A stretch of DNA of 57,289 nucleotides, counting the filler, from Syncephalis fuscata S228 (lineage: Eukaryota > Fungi > Zoopagomycota): the NCBI GenBank assembly GCA_025786725.1. It is 3 parts of 3 records of this genome, joined end to end, with 100 filler letters (N's around TTAATTAATTAA, not from the genome) between each part and the next. Parts side by side here need not be neighbours in the genome. Positions count along the whole stretch, not along the records: positions 1 to 22,204 come from JAHLTZ010000144.1; positions 22,305 to 34,483 come from JAHLTZ010000274.1; 1 more part is not named here. One strand, 5' to 3'. Below are positions 12,259 through 23,764 of this stretch, piece after piece (position 1 is the stretch's first letter; each line of letters opens with the position of its first letter). The translations under genes and the position numbers were made by a program. The notes under the pieces were generated by a model. It was not told where the DNA came from. It was given only the letters and a program-made list of their open reading frames with translations, and made no database searches.

Positions 12259-13844
12259 ATGTGTTGGACAAACAAGCAGAATAGCGTGTAGTGTGTGTGT
12301 GTTTATTATAGAGCAAATAGCAACAATTATTCGATAGGAAGCCAAGAGCAATGTTGATGTTGATATTGCATGAGCTATTTAATAGATGATTATTTCGAAG
12401 CTCCAGCATATTGTAGTGTATGGCAGTAAAATCCGCAAACCTAGTTTCCCCTTGCTATCTATACCATCTTATTTTTAGCTTTTTACTTTTTGTAGTTACT
12501 ATTCTTAAGGCCCATACGTATCAGTGTGCGTTAATAGAAAGAGCGTTTGTTTTAGCTATGTAATAAACAAAATATGGCTCAGTTTTATTTTAATCTCGCT
12601 TTTTATTTGCTTCTTCGCACTAAGTCGACTATTAGTTGAAAACTGGTCTGACACATATAGTTTTACAGTATAAACAATACAACTAATAAACATGCAACGC
12701 AATTTTGTTTATTGACTGCTTTACAGAAACAATAAGGATAACCCGCAGCTTTTGTTGTCGCTTTTACCGATAATACCAATCTAATATCTACATTTATTTC
12801 AAGTGTGTAAAACATCAACATAGCAATAGAATTGGTGCACTGAAATTACACTTTCTTACATATATTTAATGTTGTTCATAAGCTATTTGCAATTTTGAAC
12901 TATGAAATATGTCGATTAATTTACACATGTCTTTATTATAGCATTGCGGCTTGGCTACAGGAATAAATAATTTGCTTTGGCACTGTGTTGCCATATATCG
13001 ATACAGGCCCTATTACCAGCAATCAATGCCTATTATTAATTACTCACCATTGCACTGCAATATTTCTAATAATCAAGAATTGAACTCAACTATTGGCACT
13101 ATTAATTGTTTGCTCATAAACTAACGTGAACGCGCTAGACTGTATCTGCAAGATTGAATACTCAATAGCAATGCACTATATATCAAACAGTAATGATTAT
13201 GGTATCTCAATGACTAGGCTAACAATAACTTGATAAAATAGCATATTAGGATTATGATGGTTTATTATAAATACCCGCACTAAGCTTGTCAGTAATCCAT
13301 AGTAGATTACACTAAGGCAAGACCATAGAATTGGGACTAGTAGCAATATGAAATTTCATTTATATTCTTACTAATTTGAAAAGCAATAATATATGTAGTA
13401 GATTTATCTTTAATAATTTGCTATTATCATTGTATACAATAAGTATGTATAAAATATACGTTTAATAAATATTAGGTATATGATTTTATATGACTATTCA
13501 GATCTAGTGTAATATGGCATTGTTTGCTAAAACAATAGCTGTGTACAATACAGCAACGTGATGCTAATATCAATAGGAATATACATTATATATACAGTAT
13601 AATGAGAATGATATATCAAATCCTTTTATCTTTTGCTACCCGCACTATAAAAAATAAATTCATGGCGTTATCGCTTTGCATATTCATATATTCTATGACC
13701 GACTATTAGAAGCATTGTGGTGTGATATAAACTCCATTTGAATTAACTCGAACCGGCACAAACAAAAGCCAGACATCAAGGTAGCAAAAAATTAATGTTT
13801 TATATAATTTAAAAACTGAAAATGGTTTCATTGTAAGCCTGACA

Positions 13845-13860
13845 TTTAGAACATTCTAGC
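13845..13860. promoter_or_regulatory. Heat-shock element-like motif upstream of Hsp40
   Basis: aGAAcaTTCt (nGAAnnTTCn) about 245 bp upstream of the SIS1-like ATG. Confidence 0.5.
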
Positions 13861-14100
13861 AAAATCTAGTAAAAAGTGGATGACGACACAAAAAACTTAT
13901 ACTTTTTAACTTGTATCTAGTCTACACGTACACAGCTATCTCTACAGTATTTCACCTTGTCGTTTCTATTTCTACGTTACGTTAACTCATTGTTCTCCAC
14001 AAACCGTAGCTTATAGTTAGTGTGTGTATACCTGTTTATTTAGTTATTCTATTACACTTTTATTCATCTTATTCTTTATTACACAACAAGATTAAATATC

Positions 14101-15194
14101 ATGGCTCAAGACTACTATAGCATCCTTGGTGTTGCCAAAGATGCCGATGATGATACAATTAAAAAGGCTTATCGCAAACAAGGTAAGACTAGCTTTATAG
14201 AGTTGTAGCAAAGTACGATTTACTAATACAATGATTCTTAGCGTTAAAATGGCATCCAGATAAAAATACTGATAAACATGACGAAGCCAGTACTAAATTC
14301 AAAGAAATATCTGAAGCCTACGAGGTGCTTAGCGATAAAGATAAACGCGCCATTTATGATAAATATGGCGAAGAAGGACTTAAGACCGGTGGTCCATCGC
14401 CTGGCGGTGCCAATGGCTTTCCAGGTGGCTTTCCTGGCGGCTTCCCTGGCGGTGGTAGCCATACCTTTACATTTACATCAGGTGGTCCTGGTGGCGGCGC
14501 TGGCTTTAAACCTTTCCATCCTAGCGATCCAGAGGATATCTTTTCACAGTTCTTTGGCGCTGGTATGGGAGGCGGCATGAACGGTATGGGAGGTATGGGA
14601 GGTATGGGAGGTATGGGCGGTATGGGAGGCATGGGAGGCATGGGCGGTATGGGCGGCCGATCGCAGCCAGTACCTACTACGCAATACAAGCTATCCTGCT
14701 CGCTCGAAGATCTCTACCAAGGTGTAACAAAACGACTTAAGGTGACGCGTCGACGTAGTGGAAATGGCGCAAATGAAAAGATCCTTACCGTTGAAGTAAA
14801 GCCAGGTTGGAAGGCAGGCACAAAGCTTACTTATGCCGGTGAAGGCGACGAAATGCCAGACGGCCGTGCCAAGAATATAGAAATTGTAATCGAGGAGCAG
14901 CAGCATAGTACATTCCGTCGAGATGCTAGCAATCTTCACTTGGACGTGAATCTTTCGCTGGTTGAGGCATTGACCGGTTATGAACGTACTATAAAAACAC
15001 TCGATGGCCGTAATCTACGAATAGCCGATAAAAAGGTTACGCGGCCCAACCAAGAGGCACGATTTCCACGCGAAGGCATGCCAATTACGAAGCAGCCTGG
15101 CGTGAAAGGCGATCTTATTGTGCATTTTAACGTGGAATTCCCGCGCTCACTTACAGAAGAGCAGAAAGAAGCGGTTCGAGCGGCATTGGAATAA
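14101..15194 (+). CDS. SIS1: Type II Hsp40/DnaJ co-chaperone (Sis1/DNAJB-like)
   Basis: [11 protein letters not shown]..., intron 14183-14241, LKWHPDKN J-domain, G/F and GGM-repeat regions, C-terminal substrate-binding domain ([22 protein letters not shown]). Confidence 0.95.
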
Positions 15195-15511
15195 TCGCCA
15201 TAGTATTATTTTGAATTTACTACATTTTAAAAAATAAATGCATCATGTATCTATCAATAGTAATGAGTATTAATTAATTAATTAATTAAAAGATAAATTC
15301 ATTTAGGTAACAATAATAAACGTTGCTTTTACATAGAAAAGCCACCAGTGTTGCTAATCATTTCATCTTTATTTTAACCAGCCTTTTTTCTGTCATTGGT
15401 TGACGAGTGGCCTGAACAACGAGCAAGCCGTTCTTACTAGCCATAGTAACGGTTTCTATTTGATTATTCACTAATTAAGCTATCGGTTGTTTTACGCGAA
15501 ATTCAGCAGCA

Positions 15512-16526
15512 ATGGTTGTAACACGGCGCGGCACTGATACGGAACAAGCGTCGCCGAACACGTCTGCCGATGAATACTCGGCCACAGACTATGGAGAAAC
15601 GACAACGACATCCAACAGTAATAATAACAATAGTAACAGCTCTAACAATAACACGGTGGATACGCAAAGAACAAGCAATGACACGCTAGGTACTCAATCG
15701 TCATCACCAGTACCACTGGCAATGCCTACGCCGTTGGCCTTACCTTCCGCAACATCGCCTGTATTTGCCGCAACACCTGAACGTATTGCTGCCGAAAGTG
15801 TTGTAGCCGATAGTGAAGATGAAGAGGATGAAGTTAATGCTAGGATTGAAGAAAACCTTACACATCCTGAGATGGAAAACCGACAGTTTCGCGATTTGCT
15901 TGTATTTGAAGAGCGACTGCGACAAAATGCCACCCGTCTACGCGGTGAACAACAGCGTTCTGAAAGTTAGTTGATTATTTAAATGGCTACTATGAATTGC
16001 ACCCATTTAACACTTACTGTATTGTATGGTAATTATTTAGTGCTTCTTGGTGGTCTTGTGCTAATCAGTGCTATACTTGGCTGGTTTGCCATGATTCGGC
16101 CGAGTGAGGTGAGTGTATTAAACTGCAATGTATTATTTGATATAGTAACTAAATATGAATTAGGATGCATTTATACGTATATTTGTCAAGTGTTTATTGT
16201 TGGCCAGTATTATCAGTATGCTTGTATTATGCTATTCCGAGTCAATGACCCAAGCATCAAGGTAAACTGTCAAATTAATTAAAGTCAATCATAACATTGT
16301 AATACATAGATTTTTACCACAGTGTAATCGGGCACTTGTAAGTATTAACCTTCAATTAGGAGCACATGGTCTACAGTTTCATCGGTCAGTACCCCGGCGA
16401 TTACGGGAAGGCTACGCGGCATTTCGCGATGCATATCATCAACGCCGGCGAGTGCCTACACGCAGTTCGATGACAACCAATACTACAGTTGGGAATACGA
16501 CGCCCCGAAGACGTAATCGTGCCTGA
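15512..16526 (+). CDS. SPO7: Spo7-like regulatory subunit of the Nem1-Spo7 phosphatase (4 exons)
   Basis: FRDLLVFEERLRQN motif, two TM helices, RFLPQCNRAL and VPRRLREGYAAFR. Introns ~15966-16040, 16109-16163, 16262-16309. Confidence 0.7.
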
Positions 16527-17433
16527 TAATTACGCTCTGACGTTCTCATATTGTTGTTTTGTCAGTATGTATAAAATAAAATAACATTTCTTACAAAAAT
16601 ATAAAATATTTAATTTTACAAATATAATCATCATAAGACAGAGGAAAACGAGTAGAATATGAAGCAAAGTGGGTAAATGTGAATAACTAATAGCATTAAA
16701 ATAAATAAATGACGTGAAAATAGTTAATAGAGTATGAAATAATATAGGCCAAAACGAATAGACAAAAGAAATTGCATGAATAATAATAATCATAATCATA
16801 AAGCTATAATGTATCTAGTTCAATAAGTGAATTAAGCTAAATGAATCAGTTTATAACAAATAATATTGAAGACAAACATATGCCAACTTTGAATAGAGTA
16901 CAGGTAGTAAATGCTAAAGCGGCATATAATAGAATGAATATACAAAGGAAGGAACAGAATGAAGATGAAATTGAAGAAATAAAAATACTATATAAATAGA
17001 CCAGTCATTACCAAGATCCTTGTTTGTTATGAGCCAGTGGTGTTTGTATGGTAACAATTACTGGTTAAGTACAATGATTGTATAAAAATGCTTTAGTAAT
17101 ATGTAAAGAACATTGCTATTATTTTATTAATCATACAATTAAAGATAAACAAAATCTACATTATAAATATAATGATTATATATGTTTATTAGTTATATTA
17201 TTAGAGCAGCAATCCCCTTAAACATTAAAGCCATTGTAGTGGATGATTGATGAATTAATTTACAATTACATTACCACCAGTGTTTACCAAATAAAACCAA
17301 AAAGCGCATCGAATCAAGTGCACAATCCACATTGAGTCAAATCTTTGACAACAGTCATACCACAGCTTAATCGTTGATATTAATTAACGTTTGTTTACCT
17401 CGTCATCACCTGTTATATTCAAGTATTGTGGCT

Positions 17434-20400
17434 ATGTTTGGGTTTTTGAAAAGTAATACTTCTTCGCAAAAGGGCGAAAATAGCGCAACAGCTGTATTGT
17501 CACCGTCGTCGTCATCTCGAGGACGTACTAATAATGCACGACAGCAACAAGCTTCGCTATCTCCTGAGGCATTACTGGCTGATTTAAACGTTGATTTCTC
17601 GCTAGATACTAACGTTAGCGACCACGATCTTGACGATGTGGATGACGCCGACCTTGACGATCCAGAATTGTTGGTATGTAAATGACAAGTTGTTTATCGT
17701 ATTAAATATTTACAAAATGTCAATATCTCTTTTTCTATTCAATAGGCTCAACTAGCGGCATTATCCGTTGATACTAGTAAACCAACCCGACAAGCTAAGC
17801 CACAAGCACAGAAAACAACTGCTAAATCTGCCAACATTGATTGGAATGTATTGGATGATATTCATAAAACGGCAATTACGACAGCCGACGACGACGATGA
17901 AGACGTAGAAATTACAGAAGAGGACATGCAAGATCCACATCTTTTAGTAAGTATAATGTCAGAGCTATCGATATTGATTACTTATACGATGAATGCTTAC
18001 TTTATTAATAATCTTTTAGGCTGAACTACAAAACTTAACGCAATCTAGTCATGTTGAATCCACTACAGCTACATCGACAAATAGCCAAACCAATCAAAAG
18101 CAAATATACACATCAGATAATGCATTTACCAGTACTACATCTAGTGTGCATATTGAGTCAGAGACTGCTACTGCAACATTAGCAATGGCATCGGATAGAC
18201 CAAATCCACCAAACGATATAATAGTTAAGGATACGTCGGAAGATGTCGCACCAATTGAATTCGATCCAATGGCCGACCAACTTGATATACTTGATGAAAT
18301 TGAAGTAGAAACCGATCGTTTACGTTCAAATCGATCATATGATATTGTTAGCCAAGGACTGGATCGAATGAAACAAAAGATTGATGCTGCACGTCGAATC
18401 AATAATTCAGTAATTGAAGATGCAGCACAAGACGCAGTTAAGCGTATAGAAACGTACTTGGCGACACTGCCTAAAAGTAAACCCTCTGGCTCATCTACCA
18501 GTATAGTTAATACAACATCTACAAGTGAAAAAATCATAACAGTCGATACTATAGTACAAAAAGAAGCAACATCTACATCGGTGTCCGAAAATACCGATAT
18601 TCGTGCAATTATTGAACAGGAACTGGCAACTCATTTGAATAATTGCAATATTACAGAAATTGAACAAGCTATCCGTCAATATAAAATACAAGCTGTACAA
18701 GCTAAAAGATCCGATCAATCGGATGTAGCAATGTTATATCTACGTGCCTCTAAACAACTTACAGCTCATATGACATCTTGTACGAATACAACCTCAAATG
18801 AAACTGTTGTTAATAAAACCAAATCCGCCTTGATTACAACTACAGATCGACCGGTACTTGATGGTGAACTATTGAATGCACGGCTACAGGCCTACAAAGT
18901 AGCCGCCCTAGAGTCAAAACGTGCAGGTAATATGACACAGGCACGAGAATGCTTAATGGTTGTCAAACAATTACAATCTATTGCTGAACAACATACATCT
19001 GGTATTGAAGTAACCGATTTTATTATGCCACCACCACCATCACCTTCAGTAACAGTAACAAATACGACTGAAACTATAAATACACCAACGGTGTTAACAA
19101 CAAGTCATAAAACAATAGAAACTAGTGCACATTCCACAAGTAAATCAGTACATACCACACTACCTGGTATACCATCGACCAATATTACGACACCATCTAG
19201 TTTGAACCAAATTAGTGCAAGTATTATTACACTAGTCTACTATTCTAATTAACAATATATAATACATGTAGACACTAAGCTATGATCAAATAGAAAAACG
19301 CCTTGCAGATCAAATACAACTGGCTACAACCGTTGCTGCCTATGCTTATCGACGTGGCGATAAAGAGACAGCGCTTCAATTTCATAAGATTAAGAAAAAC
19401 TTGGTTGCTGACACAGAATCAATTGTTTCTTTACGAGCACATAATCAACCGCTGCCACTTATTACTTACCAGGAAATGGCATATACACTAGAGACGTGTA
19501 ATGATGATTTGGACTCTAATGAACTTGAATTGGCGCTACATAAAGCCTGGAATTTACATGGTGCCCGTGAAGCAACATCCGGCCCAATGGATGTATTTGT
19601 CCAATGGGATAGTGGACTTGATAGCGGTAAAGGAACATCGCCCACCGTAACAAAACAACGTGAACCAGGTAACTTAGAATTAAAAAACTAAACTGCAATT
19701 ATTGATAGACTATGTGTAGTATTTGATTATCAAGCAAAGCAAACAATCCAGCGTAATCGAGTATTACAGCGACACTTTGAAAGAAAGAAAATAACGTTTG
19801 ATGTCATGTCATATCGAGGATTTCTACGTGGTTCTGCGTGTATTGGACGAGCCACACTAAAGCTTGATGGTCTTTTAAAATGCTCTACTGTCGAGGAAGT
19901 CATTCCGGTAACTATAATTAATATTATCCATAACTATTGATTAACAAAATATCAAAATAGTTATATGAACCGAATAGTCGACGAGAGACAGGTGGTCAAC
20001 TACAAGTGTCATTACGTCTAAGAACACCATTACTAGGTGCACAGATTGTTAAATACGATGAAAGATGGCTATTTCTAAGTCATATTCGTGATACTGGATC
20101 TACAACAGCTACAGTTACTAATACTACAACTAATATTACTAACAATAGTATTAGTAGTAGCAATAATAGTAATGCAGCCACTATTAAAGTAGTTTCACAT
20201 TCAAACACTTTGAATACTACTAACAACACTGCACCATCATCTATCAAAGCCATTACAAATCCATCCAATTCTACTCCCATAACCAATGTACCAACAACAA
20301 CAACAAACCAAGATGATGCATTAGAAACATTACTAACAGAATTTGATAGTGTAGAGAATATAAAGTCAAATATGGTATTGGAGGCAGAACAAGAACGAAT

Positions 20401-20679
20401 TCAAACATTGCTACAATCCAAACCATTTAATAGCGATGAATTACGTGATCGATTACAAGCAGTTCAGATCAAATTAAACATGTTAGTATTACAAGTACAA
20501 ACAGGTGCTTTAACTCTACCGACATATATCCAAAGTGTACGCCAATGTGCAGATCAAACAAAACAGCAAGCAATTTGTTTAAACGATCTAACCGAATGGA
20601 CAAAGCTCGTGAAGCATTAAATCGCTTAAAGATTATGCAACAAGAAATAGCAGAAGTTGAACAGGCCGGTCTAGTTTAA
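17434..20679 (+). CDS. CC2D1/Lethal giant discs-like protein: DM14 repeats plus C2 domain; frameshift near 20578
   Basis: N-terminal DPELLA(Q/E)L repeats. DM14-like IRQYKIQAVQAKRS..AMLYLRASKQL and RLQAYKVAALESKRAGNMTQARECL. C2 region DLDSNELEL...IGRATLKLDGLL...TGGQLQVSLRLRTPL. Confidence 0.8.
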
Positions 20680-20964
20680 TATTTGAATAATTATTCATTG
20701 ATGGTCAATGGATTATTTTCATTATTTGATTTATATTGAATCAGTAGATTGTTATTATTGTTATATTTATTCTTTTATTTATTAATTAATATTGATATGC
20801 ATCAACTACACTTTGTAAACATGCAAGTAGTAATTACTACAACATTAGATAATGTCTTTATTGTATGAAAAGATCGGAACAGGACCTTAATTAGTTGTAT
20901 GACATGGCCGGCACTATCTGACCATAAAGAGGGTCACGATAAGTAATGTGTTTTATAACAGTAA

Positions 20965-21661
20965 CTACTTTAACAAAGAACTGGCCAGTCTTTCTTTTGC
21001 CGTTTGGTATGCTTGTAATAGTGTCTGCTCTGTCAATGCAACTTCGATATTATCCATACCACGTTTTGTAACACGCGATACAATAAGTTCTTCATCGACT
21101 TCTAGAATAATTCTATTAAATAAATAGCTGGTTAGAACATTATTATAGTATATTATTTGTCGTTGCTAACCCATCGTCAATGCATTCATCCAATGCTAGT
21201 ACAACCATATCGTAATAGCTTTGAATTGATCGCTTATCCATTTGATGTCTAATATTATAGTATATGAATAGTCGTTATGGCTGTTTACATATTGTAGTTT
21301 ACCTTAACAAGCTATCTAGTGCATCGACATATGCATTCAATGTGGTCGATAATATTAATTCGTTTTCATCAGCTGAACCGACCAAATACACATAGACATC
21401 GACAACGCTGCGATAACATACAACATGACCGTCAAGAAGAGTGATTTCCGCTATTTAATAGTTATTAGTACCAATATTGTACTATTATCAATACCTACCG
21501 TTGGTGCGTCGTGTCTTGTCAAATAGCGACTTTTCAAAGGCCCGCTGATCTTTAACGGCAGCGAATTCCGAAGCGTGCGGGTAATACTTGGCCATCAAAC
21601 GATTACCCTCGGCATCGAGAATCAAGACAGCTTTGACCGAGTAAAGCGATAGATTGGACAT
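20965..21661 (-). CDS. RET3: Coatomer (COPI) zeta subunit, 4 exons
   Basis: Spliced translation [27 protein letters not shown]...[12 protein letters not shown]...[11 protein letters not shown]...[15 protein letters not shown]...[11 protein letters not shown]. Confidence 0.92.
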
Positions 21662-21767
21662 GGCGGCTAAAGAATATATATATATATGTATGTATGTATA
21701 TATATAGGTGCCTATAAGTAGTAGAACAGTAAGAGTGATGAGAACACGCTTAGTGCCAGTCTATTTT

Positions 21768-21776
21768 GCCACGTCA
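21768..21776 (-). promoter_or_regulatory. TGACGTGGC bZIP (UPRE/XBP1-CREB3-type) motif upstream of coatomer zeta
   Basis: gccacgtca on + strand, about 110 bp upstream of the ATG of a secretory-pathway gene. Confidence 0.4.
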
Positions 21777-21972
21777 ATGACAAGTGGAAAGGAGTCGAGT
21801 GGATATGGATCGCATTGAATCTGGATCGATGGTTTGTTTAGGCCGTTGCCAAACTAGAATAAATAATAAAAGCAAATATCCCTGTTTCCACTACAATAAA
21901 CAGCACCTTCTGACCATACTCGATAGCATTGTTGGCATTGTATTTGTTTGCATAAATTATATAGCATTCAGC

Positions 21973-22204
21973 ATGAGCGACCCTAACGTTGCCAGTGATC
22001 AGCGTAAGTAATAGGTCTGGTTATCTTTTTGTAGCAAGCTATTTACTATGAATATCCATTGTAAAAGATACTACAAACTTCGCCCACTGTCTTCAGAGGT
22101 TCAGATACACCGGGCACGCTGAAACGACATCGGACTATAATCCTAGTATGAAAAAACGCTTTCGAAGTGCAGCTCGACGCGTAATACACGCGCAAACATT
22201 AGCA
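21973..22204 (+). CDS. 5' fragment of a gene truncated by the assembly gap (function unknown)
   Basis: ATG 21973, intron 22004-22067, open frame ...SMKKRFRSAARRVIHAQTLA running into the Ns. Confidence 0.6.
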
Positions 22205-22304
22205 NNNNNNNNNNNNNNNNNNNNNNNNNNNNNNNNNNNNNNNNNNNNTTAATTAATTAANNNNNNNNNNNNNNNNNNNNNNNNNNNNNNNNNNNNNNNN
22301 NNNN
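22205..22304. other. Artificial contig-join linker
   Basis: N44-TTAATTAATTAA-N44, with stops in all six frames. Confidence 0.97.
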
Positions 22305-23236
22305 TAATATTATCAATCTAATATTATGATTTTTATACATATATATTAGCACACATACTAGCATAGGTCTGTACGTAGTTAAAGCTTTTTAAATTATTAC
22401 CACTTGTAGTGCAGCATATAGCCTGTATGCTGTCAAAGCTGCTGTATACTTGATTTGCTTAAATAGCTAACATAGTCATTGTGCTGACTGCTGTATATGA
22501 CAAATGTGGTGACCAAATGCTACTAAACTCGCTGCATGTCTTTGGTTTGCCATAGATCACCACTGCAGTCGTTTTAAAAGTAGTAGTAGATTGCACTTTT
22601 AGTACGGCCACTGAATAACATTTCAGTACCATACAGTGCGATCCACTACTGTTGCTACTGTATATGCTATTGCCAGCACGATCTATAGTGGCGATCAATA
22701 GCAAAGCAAAGCATATAGTCGCTACATTCGTCGTACTGGCAGTTGTGCATATACAACAGCGTAATCTCCAATGATCCATAGCATAAACAAAGCACACAGC
22801 AAGATTTAACAGCATACCCTCAACATAACATAAAATAAACCAGGAATGCACTTATTGTGTCAAAGAGGCTGTCAACAACAATGATCGGAGTGATGAAGGT
22901 GATTTGTAAAAAGGTCAGATTACAAAAGAGCAATGCAAGGACATAGTGTAAATAGTGTTTGTACATAACTAGTAGTCAGTCAACTACTAACACTATCTAG
23001 TTAGCATATATGGTGTGTACAAGTATATGCAATGGATATATGTTATCAAGTGTAAAGAAAGAGAAAGGAAATGTGATGACGTAGATTGTGAGATGTGAGC
23101 CTGTCAGTCAATATTTATAAACAGCCGAGTTTAATTGATTAATAAATGGAGTGTAAATAATAAAAGTCAATCTACCCAACATGTCAGTACATCATAGAAC
23201 AGATTAATAGTAAATGAATAAATGTATTAAAAATAA

Positions 23237-23539
23237 GGGGAGGCGTGGTGGCCTAAACGGTCAACGCGTCTTCCCTAAAGTAGGAAAATGTTGGTTCGCC
23301 TAGTTCGAATCTTGTTTTCAGGAAATGCGTGATGGGATCCTTCCGTAGAAGAAATGGTCGATATTCCAACACGTGAGGAGAGCCACCAACGGTTTCAGTT
23401 GTAGATGGCAGGTTCTGCGTTGCGCGCGGATAGGTTCGAAATGAACCGTCTATTCTCCTAGGGGTGGCAGACAAATGCTGCAAATGCGCGGTTAGGTCCT
23501 ACGGACCGTTGTCTCACTTAAGCTAATAAATCCAAATCC
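23237..23539 (+). mobile_element. tRNA-derived SINE (~303 bp) with 17-bp target-site duplication
   Basis: Flanking AAATGTATTAAAAATAA at 23220-23236 and 23540-23556. A-box TGGCCTAAACGG, B-box-like AGTTCGAATC, 3' hairpin GGTCC-TAC-GGACC, tail AATAAATCCAAATCC. GC-rich island in very AT-rich DNA. Confidence 0.85.
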
Positions 23540-23710
23540 AAATGTATTAAAAATAAAAGCCATTTGACACCAAAACTACTCATTATCATAGAACATATAC
23601 TCAGTATATTAAAAGATTAATTAAATATAATAAAAGTCATTTACACCCAAAAACACTCATTGTCATAGAACATGTTGTCAGTATAATAGCGAATGTATTA
23701 AAATAATAAT
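23540..23710. repeat. Degenerate short tandem repeat hosting the SINE (also 23150-23236)
   Basis: Recurrent aataaaagtca, tcatagaaca, aatgtattaaaa. Confidence 0.6.
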
Positions 23711-23764
23711 AATTTATTGATAGCTACAAAATTTAATAATAATCTACTAATACAAAAAATACTA

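Noticed and set aside
14575-14655. 9-bp tandem repeat (ggtatggga) as an array
   Set aside because: It encodes the normal GGM region of Sis1-type Hsp40.
22205-22304. TTAATTAATTAA palindrome inside N runs (also 34484-34583)
   Set aside because: Artificial linker. Gene adjacency across these joins is not reliable.
23237-23325. Functional tRNA gene
   Set aside because: No proper acceptor stem or anticodon loop; it continues into a 200-nt body and is flanked by a TSD, so it fits a SINE head better.
23253-23483. 76-aa ORF on the - strand, and a possible HDV-like ribozyme in the SINE
   Set aside because: The ORF is antisense to the SINE with a TTG start. I could not fit the HDV nested pseudoknot by eye.
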